Positions 9,433 through 18,900 of a stretch of 64,000 nt of DNA are shown one piece after another (the first letter of the stretch is position 1; each line of letters begins with the position of its first letter). The notes beneath the pieces are model-generated. The model did not search any database and was not told the DNA's origin. It was given only the letters and a program-made list of their open reading frames with translations. Origin of the DNA: Gemmatimonadaceae bacterium (lineage in GTDB: Bacteria; Gemmatimonadota; Gemmatimonadetes; Gemmatimonadales; Gemmatimonadaceae); the NCBI GenBank assembly GCA_035538035.1, contig DATLLD010000109.1:2579-66578 (forward strand), written 5' to 3'. A program made the translations under genes and the position numbers.

Positions 9433-9826
9433 GCTGCGCGGATCGGTCGGCCGCGACGCGCAGGACCCGCTGGTTGAGGTCGAGCTCCCGGCGCAGCGCC
9501 TCGCCGGTCGACCCGAGCGCCTCCATCGCGGACTGCACGGCCGGTGGTGGCGCGCCGCCGAACGTGTCGTCGAGCGCACCCATGCTCAGGTCGTCGGCTT
9601 CGCCCAGCAGGTTGTTGAGCGCGTTCCGCCGTCGGTGGGCCTCGCTGAGGGTCAGGAGGATACGGTGTGTCGCGAAGACGCTGTCGTCCAGCGCGGCGAG
9701 ATCGTCGCAGACGATGGCTTCGCGCTGCCGCAGCAGCACGCCGATGACATCGGTGAGAATGCGCTCCTCCTCGACGAGCGCCTGGGTGAGGGCGGCGACG
9801 AGGGGGCCATCATCATGCGGGCTCAT
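9380..9826 (-). CDS. flgN: FlgN-family flagellar export chaperone
   Basis: Helical 148 aa protein (L..EE..L....L.RQREAI...D...L, ..LN.RVL), 3 nt downstream of fliA. Confidence 0.7.
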   Translation of the reverse strand: MSPHDDGPLVAALTQALVEEERILTDVIGVLLRQREAIVCDDLAALDDSVFATHRILLTLSEAHRRRNALNNLLGEADDLSMGALDDTFGGAPPPAVQSAMEALGSTGEALRRELDLNQRVLRVAADRSAQLRSRTTPHGGTSPVTAG

Positions 9827-9829
9827 GGG

Positions 9830-10579
9830 TCACGCCTCCGCGCGAATCGGCGCCATCTGCTTGCGCAGCGCGGACAGCGCCTTGGTCCTGATCTGCGAGA
9901 CGCGCGATTCGGTGACGCCCATCGCCATCGCGATCTCGTGCAGCTTGAGGTCCTCGTAGTAATAGAGCGCGAGCACGAGGCGTTCCTGCTCCTTCAGTCC
10001 CTCCACGGCCTCGCGCAGCACCAGCACCTCCTGCGCATGCGTGATCTCGTCCTCGATGCCGCCCTCGGTGGCGCCGCCGAACATCTCCGCGTGCGTGGGC
10101 TCGCCTTCGTCACTGCCCGGCGCGTCGTCGAACGAGACTCGCACCGTGGCCTCGATATCCGTCTGCCAGCGCCAGAGCGTCTCCACGTCGACGCCGACCC
10201 GCGCGGCGAGCTCCGGCGTCTTGAGTCGCTCCCCGCCACGGCACAGCTCGTCCGTGGCTGCGCGCAGCGTGCGCCGCTTGCGCCGCACTGATCGCGGCAC
10301 GTGGTCCTGCCGGCGCAGCTCGTCGAGGATCGCGCCGCGGATGCGCGGCGTCGCGAACGTGCTGAATGCGTGCCCGCGCGCCGCATCGAAGGTGTCGACG
10401 GCGCTGGTCAGGCCGAGGGCCCCGGCGCTGAGCAACTCGTCGAGCTCGATGTCGTCTAGGTGCCCGCGGGAGATCTGGCGGGCCAAGTGATGCACGAGCC
10501 CGAGATGTTCATGCAGCAGTTCCTGGCGGGCGCTCTCGTCGCCGCGGCCGGCACGGGCCCAGGGGGTGACTTCCGGCAT
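9830..10579 (-). CDS. fliA: FliA/WhiG family RNA polymerase sigma factor (sigma28)
   Basis: Motifs FSTFATPRIRGAILDELRRQDHVPRSVR and LALYYYEDLKLHEIAMAMGVTESRVSQI. Confidence 0.93.
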   Translation of the reverse strand: MPEVTPWARAGRGDESARQELLHEHLGLVHHLARQISRGHLDDIELDELLSAGALGLTSAVDTFDAARGHAFSTFATPRIRGAILDELRRQDHVPRSVRRKRRTLRAATDELCRGGERLKTPELAARVGVDVETLWRWQTDIEATVRVSFDDAPGSDEGEPTHAEMFGGATEGGIEDEITHAQEVLVLREAVEGLKEQERLVLALYYYEDLKLHEIAMAMGVTESRVSQIRTKALSALRKQMAPIRAEA

Positions 10580-10627
10580 GGTCGGTGTGCTCTCGAGGAT
10601 GTGGGGAACCTTCCACACTCCTCTAAG

Positions 10628-10642
10628 GCAACGGCGGTGCCA
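10628..10642 (-). promoter_or_regulatory. sigma54 -24/-12 promoter upstream of fliA-flgN
   Basis: Minus strand reads TGGCAC-CGCCG-TTGC, an exact match to TGGCAC-N5-TTGC, about 50 nt upstream of the fliA ATG. Confidence 0.85.
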
Positions 10643-10748
10643 CACCGGGAATCGAGCGTTCGGGCAGGGGCTATCGCGTTACGGGGATGCGAGTTGCGTC
10701 CTCCTGCACGTCCGGCGGCGACGCGACATCGCGGCGCGGCCGGGGGAG

Positions 10749-10787
10749 AAAAAAGGTCGATGGCGGCAAGAGTTGCCGACATCGACC
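10749..10787 (-). terminator. intrinsic terminator after the sigma54 activator gene (may also be an activator-binding dyad)
   Basis: 15-bp stem with one mismatch (GGTCGATGGCGGCAA GAG TTGCCGACATCGACC), followed by T6 on the minus strand. Confidence 0.6.
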
Positions 10788-10835
10788 GCCGAAAGTGCCG
10801 CTCGGGGGCGTGCGCCATTCATATCTTCTCTGGGT

Positions 10836-12311
10836 TCACCCCGGGAGATCCTGCTCCTGCTCGAGTTCGTCGGCGCTGTTGAGCTTGTTCCGCAATGTCC
10901 GAACGCTCATGCCCAGCAACTCAGCCGCCTTGGCGCGGTGCCCGCTCGTCGCCTCGAGCGCGCGCGTGATCAGGATCCGCTCCGCGTCGTTGACGTTGAA
11001 GGTCTCGAGCGTGACGCGGGAATCGCCTTCGACGGCGAGCGCGACACGCGATGCCTGGGCGCCGGCGAGGGCGGAACGGGTAGCCGGTGGCGGGATGGCC
11101 TCCGACGGACGCTCGGCCTGCGTCGGTCTCCGCGACGGCGCGAGCCCGAACCGCGACGCGTCGAACGCCTCGAGCGGCAACACCGATTCGGTCGAGAAGA
11201 TCACCGCGCGCTCCACCGCGTGCTGCAGCTCGCGCACGTTGCCGGGCCAGTCCTGTTCCTGCAGGAAGCGAATGGCGTCGGGATGGATGCCGCGCACATC
11301 CTTGCCGAGTTCCGCGCCCGCCAGTTCGGCGAACCGCTGTGCGAGCAGCGAGATGTCATCCCGGCGTTCGCGCAGCGGCGGGATCAGCAGGGGGATGACG
11401 CCGAGCCGGAAATAGAGGTCGCGGCGGAACGTGCCCGCCTCGGCCTCGGCGTCGAGGTCGCGATTGGTGGTCGCGATCACGCGCACGTCGACGCGAATTG
11501 GCGAGGTGCCCCCGACGCGCTCGAATTCCTGCTCCTGCAGCACGCGCAGCAACTTGGACTGCAGGTCCAGTCGCATCTCGCTGATCTCGTCGAGCAGCAG
11601 CGTGCCGCGGTGCGCCCGCTCGAACGCGCCCGCCACGCGCTTGACCGCGCCGGTGAAGGCCCCGCGCTCGTGGCCGAACAGCGCGCTCTCGATGAGTCCT
11701 TCCGGGAGGGCCGCGCAGTTCAGCTGGATGAATGGGCCGCTCGCGCGATCGCTCTGGTTGTGCAGCGCACGCGCGAACAGCTCCTTGCCCGTGCCGCTCT
11801 CGCCCTGCAGCAGCACCGCGGCGCGCGTCGGCGCGGCCATCGAGACCGTCTGCATCAGGCGCCGCATCGACGGGGAGTCGCCGATGATCTGGCGCTCGCT
11901 CCGGAACTCCATGACCTCACGGCGCAGGTCCGCGTTCTCGCGCCGAAGCCGGACGAGTTCGAGCGCCTGGTCGATCGCCAGCTCGAACTGCTGCGGCCGG
12001 ATCGGCTTGGTGATGTAGTCGACGGCGCCCGCCTTGAGGCTGGCCACTGCGTGCTCGATGCTGCCGAACCCCGTGAGCATGATGACGGGGACATCGATGC
12101 CCTCGCGCGCGAGGACGCCAAGGAACTCGAGCCCCGTCACCCCGGGCATGCGATAGTCGGAGACGATCAGGTCGATCCCCCCGCGCGAGAGCACGGCCAT
12201 CGCCTCGGGAACGCTCGTCGCGCCGAGGGCCTGGTGGCCGGCGCGCGCGAGGCAGTCTGCGATGATCGAACCGACGGACGGTTCGTCGTCCACGTAGAGG
12301 ATGGTGGCCAT
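10836..12311 (-). CDS. sigma54-dependent response regulator (REC, AAA+, Fis-HTH; NtrC/FlrC-like)
   Basis: Motifs ILYVDDE, GESGTGKE, GAFTGA, LLLDEISEM, WPGNVRELQ and C-terminal AAELLGMSVRTLRNKL. Confidence 0.95.
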   Translation of the reverse strand: MATILYVDDEPSVGSIIADCLARAGHQALGATSVPEAMAVLSRGGIDLIVSDYRMPGVTGLEFLGVLAREGIDVPVIMLTGFGSIEHAVASLKAGAVDYITKPIRPQQFELAIDQALELVRLRRENADLRREVMEFRSERQIIGDSPSMRRLMQTVSMAAPTRAAVLLQGESGTGKELFARALHNQSDRASGPFIQLNCAALPEGLIESALFGHERGAFTGAVKRVAGAFERAHRGTLLLDEISEMRLDLQSKLLRVLQEQEFERVGGTSPIRVDVRVIATTNRDLDAEAEAGTFRRDLYFRLGVIPLLIPPLRERRDDISLLAQRFAELAGAELGKDVRGIHPDAIRFLQEQDWPGNVRELQHAVERAVIFSTESVLPLEAFDASRFGLAPSRRPTQAERPSEAIPPPATRSALAGAQASRVALAVEGDSRVTLETFNVNDAERILITRALEATSGHRAKAAELLGMSVRTLRNKLNSADELEQEQDLPG

Positions 12312-12395
12312 GATCTCGTGTGAGGGGCGGGCGCGCGGGTAGCATAATGCGCAACGGCGCGGGGTCCCGACAACTCGCGACCTGTGGTCGTCCGC

Positions 12396-12422
12396 TCAAG
12401 TCCACGCGCCGACGCCCGACAA
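12396..12422 (+). promoter_or_regulatory. putative sigma28 promoter of the flgM-like gene
   Basis: TCAA-N15-CCCGACAA, followed by AGGAGGAG and the ATG at 12448. Confidence 0.7.
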
Positions 12423-12447
12423 TGGTACGCAGGAGGAGTCACCAGCC

Positions 12448-12696
12448 ATGAGGATCGACAATAGCGGCAACTCTTCGGCGCTGATCGTGCCCGACCCCGT
12501 GGCTTGTCAATTCGCAGTCGCCGACGCCGCTCTGGCGGACGCGGACGCCGCGCGAGCAGCTCGCATTGTGGGGGCCGACGCGGCGCAAGCGGCCCGCATC
12601 CTCGCGGCGCGCCGGCGCATCGCGGACGGTGTCTACTCGTCGCCAGTCGTGCTCGTGACCGTCGCCCGGCGGCTCCTGTCGTCCGGCGATCTCTGA
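12448..12696 (+). CDS. FlgM-like anti-sigma28 factor (divergent)
   Basis: 82 aa with a strong SD. C-terminal RILAARRRIADGVYSSPVVLVTVARRLL resembles the FlgM sigma-binding helices. It starts MRID and sits near fliA/flgN behind a sigma28-type promoter. Confidence 0.65.
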   Translation: MRIDNSGNSSALIVPDPVACQFAVADAALADADAARAARIVGADAAQAARILAARRRIADGVYSSPVVLVTVARRLLSSGDL

Positions 12697-12907
12697 CCTC
12701 GCCGCTCACGCCCTCTTCCACCCCGGCCACCATGCGATTGCTCGAAGCGGACGACTCGGCGGAGCCCTCGCTGCGCCACCGGATCCTCGACGATTCCGCC
12801 GCCGCACTGCGGATGGTGCGTGCCGAGCTCGACGGGATCGTTGCGCTGGCCGTGCCGGTGCCGATGGCCTCGTCGCGCCGGACGCTGGCGTCGGCTAGTT
12901 TCCGCCC

Positions 12908-14454
<1,547 letters not shown>

Positions 14455-14458
<4 letters not shown>

Positions 14459-16095
14459 CCGTCCTCAACCGGCGTCGCGGCGACGCGAAGACCCCGCCCG
14501 ACGGGCAGCCCAACCGTCGTTCGCTCAGGAAGGTGCTCGTGGCCAACCGCGGCGAGATCGCGCTGCGGATCGTGCGCGCGTGCCGCGAACTCGGCATCCG
14601 CTCGGTGGCCGTCTACTCCGATGCGGACGTCCACGCGCCGCATGTGCGCGAGGCTGACGAGGCCGTCAACATCGGGCCCGCGCCGGCCGCCGAGAGCTAC
14701 CTCCGCGGCGACCACTTGATCGCCGTGGCGCTCGAGGTCGGGGCTGACTCCATCCACCCCGGCTACGGTTTCCTCGCCGAACGCGAGTGGTTCGCCCGCG
14801 CGGTGCGTGACGCCGGGCTCGTGTGGATCGGGCCGCCGGCCGAGGCCATCGCCGCGATGGGCTCCAAGACCGCCGCGCGCACGCTCGCGATCGCCGCCGG
14901 CACGCCGGTGGTGCCCGGCACGACCGAGCCGCTCCGCGACACCGCCGAGGCACTCAAGCTGGCGACGGAGTTCGGCTTCCCGGTGCTGCTCAAGGCGGCC
15001 GCGGGCGGTGGCGGCAAGGGCATGCGGATCGTGCGCGAGGCGAGTGAGGTCGAGTCCGCCCTCGCCTCGGCGCAGCGCGAGGCGCGCAACGCCTTCGGCG
15101 ACGATGCCGTCTACATCGAGAAGTACATCGAGGGTCCGCGTCACGTCGAGATCCAGGTGCTCGCGGATTCGCACGGCAACTGCGTCTCGCTCGGCGAGCG
15201 CGAATGCTCGATCCAGCGCCGGCACCAGAAGATGATCGAGGAGTCGCCGAGCATGGCGGTGACGCCGGAGCTGCGGGAGCGCATGGGCGCCGCCGCCGTC
15301 GCCGCGGCCAAGGCCGCCGGCTACGTGAACGCCGGCACCTGCGAGTTCCTGCTCGACGCGGAGGGGAACTTCTACTTCCTCGAGATGAACACTCGCATCC
15401 AGGTCGAGCATCCGGTCACGGAGCTCGTCATGGGTGTCGACCTCGTGCAGTGGCAACTGCGAATCGCGGCCGGCGAGGCACTGACGTTCACCACGAGCCC
15501 GGAGCCGCGCGGCTGGGCGATCGAGTGCCGCATCACGAGCGAGGACCCGGCCAACGGGTTCCTGCCGTCGACGGGGCGCATCGACTACCTGCACCTGCCC
15601 TCGGGTCCGGGCGTGCGCTGGGACGGCGGCATCGAGAACGGCAGCGTCGTCGGCCTCTCGTACGACCCCATGCTCGCCAAGCTGATCGTCTTCGCGCACA
15701 CGCGCGAGCTGGCGATCACGCGCATGGAGCGGGCGCTCCGCGAGCTGGTGATCGTCGGTGTCGAGACCTCGCGCGAGTTCCATCTGCGAGTGATGGCCGA
15801 CGAGGATTATCGCGCCGGGCGCGTGGACATCCAGTGGCTCGAGCAGCGGCTGCCGAAGCTGCTCGCACAGCGTCCGCCAGCGGAGACCGTCGCGGCGGCG
15901 GCGATCGCCGCCGCGCTGCTCGCGGACCGCGACCAGCGCGGCCGCGCGAGGACTGGTGGCTCATTTAGCAATGGGCAGGCCGCGGGCGCGAACGGCAAGG
16001 GCGTGGGCGCGCGCGCGGGAGCCGATGGCGCGAGCGGCGAAAGATCGTCGTCGTGGTCAGAACTCGCGCGGCGCGAAGCGCTGCGGAACGGATGA
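14455..16095 (+). CDS. accC: biotin carboxylase subunit of acyl-CoA carboxylase
   Basis: Motifs [39 protein letters not shown] and [18 protein letters not shown] overlap; exact start uncertain. Confidence 0.92.
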
Positions 16096-17351
16096 TCAGG
16101 AAGACGAGCCTCACCTCGCTCGAGATCACCGGCATCGCCACCGGTGGTGACGGCGTTGCACGCGCGGATGGATTGGTCGTGTTCACGCCGCGCACGGCGC
16201 CGGGTGATCATGTCGTCGCCGAGGTCTCTGTCGAGGGTCGCGTGGGGCGCGGTCGGCTGCGGAGCGTGGCGTCGGCCGGCGCCGCGCGCGTGGAGCCGGC
16301 GTGCCCGCACTACGAGGAGCCCGACCGCTGCGGCGGCTGCCAGCTGCAGCACGTGACGCTCGATGCGCAGCGTGAGGCCAAGCGCGTGATGGTGCGCGAC
16401 GCCTTCCAGCGCATCGCGCGCCGCGAGGTGCCGCTGCCGGAGATCCATGGTGGCGCGCCATGGCGATACCGGCGCGCGCTCACGCTCGCCATCCGCCGCG
16501 AAGAGAGTAGCGGCGAGGGCCGCGTGCGAGCGGGATTGCGCGCGTACGACGATCCCGAGGCGGTGTTCGACCTGCGCACCTGCCTGATCACGGACGAGCG
16601 CATCGTCGACACCTGGCACGCCATCGTCGCGGCCGCTGAGCACCTTCCGGCGGGCGATCGCCTGCGCGGCACGGTGCGCTGGCTCGACGAGCATCCGCTC
16701 TTCGTACTCGAGGGCGGCGACGAGTGGCCGGCGCTCCAGCAGTTCCTCGCCGCCGTGCCCACGCTCGCCGCCATCTGGTGGCAAGCCGAGGGACGCCGCC
16801 GACGGCTCGTGGCCGACCGCCGGCCCTCTGGCACGCCGGGCGCCTCGTTCGCGCAGGTGAACGAGGAAGTCGCGGCGATGGTGCATGCCGATGTCATCGC
16901 CCGCGCCATGGCGCACGCGCCGAGCTCGCTCGTGGACGGCTACAGCGGCGCGGGTGCGACGGCCATCGCGTTCGCCGAACGCGGCGTGCGCGTGGTGGCC
17001 GTCGAGCTCGACGAGGAGGCGACTGAATACACGGCCGCGCGTCTCCCCGAGGGGTCGCGCGCCATCGCCGCGCGCGTCGAGGACGTGCTGCCGCGCCTGC
17101 TGCCGGCGGACGTCGTCGTGCTGAACCCGCCGCGTGCGGGACTCGACGAGCGCGTCACGGCCGCTCTGCGCACCGCCGAAGGCAAGCCCGCGCCGCGCGC
17201 CATCATCTACGTGAGCTGCGACCCCGCGACCCTTGCGCGCGACGTCTCGCGCCTGGTCGGGTGGCGCGTGCACGCCCTTACCTGCTACGACATGTTCCCG
17301 CAGACCGCGCACGTCGAGACGGTCTGCGAGCTGCGCCCGGAGGCGGCATGA
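16092..17351 (+). CDS. rlmD: 23S rRNA (uracil-5-)methyltransferase, RlmD/TrmA family, with TRAM domain
   Basis: Fe-S motif CPHY....CGGC, plus SFAQVN, NPPRAG, YVSCDPATLARD and DMFPQTAHVE. Confidence 0.85.
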   Translation: MIRKTSLTSLEITGIATGGDGVARADGLVVFTPRTAPGDHVVAEVSVEGRVGRGRLRSVASAGAARVEPACPHYEEPDRCGGCQLQHVTLDAQREAKRVMVRDAFQRIARREVPLPEIHGGAPWRYRRALTLAIRREESSGEGRVRAGLRAYDDPEAVFDLRTCLITDERIVDTWHAIVAAAEHLPAGDRLRGTVRWLDEHPLFVLEGGDEWPALQQFLAAVPTLAAIWWQAEGRRRRLVADRRPSGTPGASFAQVNEEVAAMVHADVIARAMAHAPSSLVDGYSGAGATAIAFAERGVRVVAVELDEEATEYTAARLPEGSRAIAARVEDVLPRLLPADVVVLNPPRAGLDERVTAALRTAEGKPAPRAIIYVSCDPATLARDVSRLVGWRVHALTCYDMFPQTAHVETVCELRPEAA

Positions 17352-17848
17352 AGTACCTCGTCGACATCGACGGAGAACGGCTCGAGGTCACGCTCGGCGG
17401 CGAAGGCGTGTCGATCGGTGGCACCGAGGTGAAGGCCCACCTCGCCGACGTCGAGGGCACGCCGGTGCGGCTCGTGACGATCGGCGGCGCGCAGCACCGA
17501 GTGGTCGCGCAGCGCGGCAATCAGCGCGGGCGCTACTCGCTCTGGATCGACGGTTGGCGGTTCGAGGTCGAGGCGCTCGACGAGCGCACCCGCACCATCC
17601 GCGACCTCTCGGCGGCTCAGGGCAAGGCGGCCGGTCCGGCGCCCGTCGTCGCGCCCATGCCCGGGATGATCGTGCGCGTCAGCGTCGTCGTCGGTGACAT
17701 GGTCGAGGCCGGGCAGGGCATCGTGGTGATGGAAGCGATGAAGATGGAGAACGAACTGCGTGCCATCGCGTCCGGCACGGTGAAGGCCGTGCACGTCACG
17801 CCGGGCGGGGCGGTGGAGAAGGGAGCCGTGCTCGTCGAACTCGAGTAG
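17348..17848 (+). CDS. biotin carboxyl carrier protein (N-terminal extension plus biotinyl domain)
   Basis: APMPG and the EAMKMEN biotinylation motif. ATGA overlap with the upstream gene. Confidence 0.92.
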   Translation: MKYLVDIDGERLEVTLGGEGVSIGGTEVKAHLADVEGTPVRLVTIGGAQHRVVAQRGNQRGRYSLWIDGWRFEVEALDERTRTIRDLSAAQGKAAGPAPVVAPMPGMIVRVSVVVGDMVEAGQGIVVMEAMKMENELRAIASGTVKAVHVTPGGAVEKGAVLVELE

Positions 17849-17858
17849 TTCCACTGAT

Positions 17859-17910
17859 GCAGGCTACGGGATGCGAGGGGGAGGCGGTACGGGGGCCGCG
17901 GTGTGGTGCG
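17859..17910. repeat. left arm of a 52-bp imperfect inverted repeat
   Basis: GCAGGCTACGGGATGCGAGGGGGAGGCGGTACGGGGGCCGCGGTGTGGTGCG matches the reverse complement of 18845-18896 at 45/52 positions without gaps. Confidence 0.9.
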
Positions 17911-18133
17911 CGCGCCGCGAGCACCTTCGTCGGGTCCGCTTGCCGCCGCACCGCCGCGCGGCTCAGGTCGCGGCGCGAGTGCTGCGCGCCGGCGTAGGTG
18001 CGCAACAGCTGCACGACCTCGTCGAGCATGTCGCGGGCGCTGGCGTACCCCAGCGCCCCGGCGCCGGGTTCGCGTCGAGGAACGAGCGCACCCGCACGAA
18101 CGAGTCCATCGCCTGCTACTGTCTCCTGTACAT
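17911..18133 (-). pseudogene. disrupted small hypothetical gene
   Basis: SD GGGAGGGAGG, then ATG at 18133: MYRRQ*QAMDSFVRVRSFLDANPAPG, a frameshift at the C-run 18056-18059, then ALGYASARDMLDEVVQLLRTYAGAQHSRRDLSRAAVRRQAD. 3' end approximate. Confidence 0.65.
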
Positions 18134-18227
18134 CGCGACCTCCCTCCCTATGGATGTGTGCGGACGCAATGGCCCCGGGGAAACCCCGCCGCGTGCGTCC
18201 CTCACGGGCGGCCAACTCTGGTCGTGC

Positions 18228-18794
18228 GGCGTGGTAGCTCGTCGGAACACCGGAAAAGTCTGCGGAAGTCGACTGGTAGCTCGTTCGACGGGACTGCACG
18301 CTGGTAAATCGCGGCTGCATGCTCGTCGCCGGTCGCTGGCAGCCGGTCGCTCCGTGCTGCCGGTGCGTCGGTTGCCGCTGCACGCGCATCGCTTGCGACT
18401 GACCGGCCGATCGTTGCGACTCGCTCCTCGACGGATGCCGCTCGCACCTCGTCGGTCTCCGCTGGCAGCGCGTCCGTTCGAGTTGGCGGCTCGTCGGTCG
18501 CGACTGGTCGGTCGTTCGTTGGCACTGGCGGCTCGTCACTTGCGACTGGACGCCCGTCGGTCGGCGCTGGCCGGTCGATCGTTGAGGCTGGCCGCGCGAC
18601 GGAATCGACTGGCAGGCCGTTGGTTCCGACTGGCGGCACGTACGTAGTGACTGGTAGCTCATCGGTTCTCCCTGACCGGTCGGAAGTCGCGGTTGTCATC
18701 ACGACACTTGAGAGTGGCAGCTCGGTTATTGGGACTGGCAGGCCTTCTCTCGCGACTGGCGGCAAGGAACTCGACACTCTCCGCCTGCCGCTCG
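18228..18794. repeat. degenerate 21-bp tandem repeat array (about 25-27 units)
   Basis: Consensus ~CGACTGGCAGCTCGTCGGTTG. T at unit position 5 in 25 consecutive units from 18270, with no indels. Confidence 0.92.
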
Positions 18795-18844
18795 GGGTCG
18801 TCGGCGGTGGACTCTCGCCTCGCAGCTCGATCCCTCCATCATGC

Positions 18845-18896
18845 CTCATCACACCGCGGACCCCGTGCCGCCTCCCCCCGGCATCCCGTAGCCCGC
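18845..18896. repeat. right arm of the 52-bp imperfect inverted repeat
   Basis: CTCATCACACCGCGGACCCCGTGCCGCCTCCCCCCGGCATCCCGTAGCCCGC, complementary to 17859-17910. Confidence 0.9.
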
Positions 18897-18900
18897 AGCC

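Noticed and set aside
18228-18794. CRISPR array interpretation of the 21-bp periodic region
   Set aside because: There is no constant repeat alternating with unique spacers, the period is too short, and no cas genes are in the window.
17858-18897. Autonomous IS element
   Set aside because: There is no transposase-like ORF and no visible target-site duplication. It is kept as an unexplained module instead.
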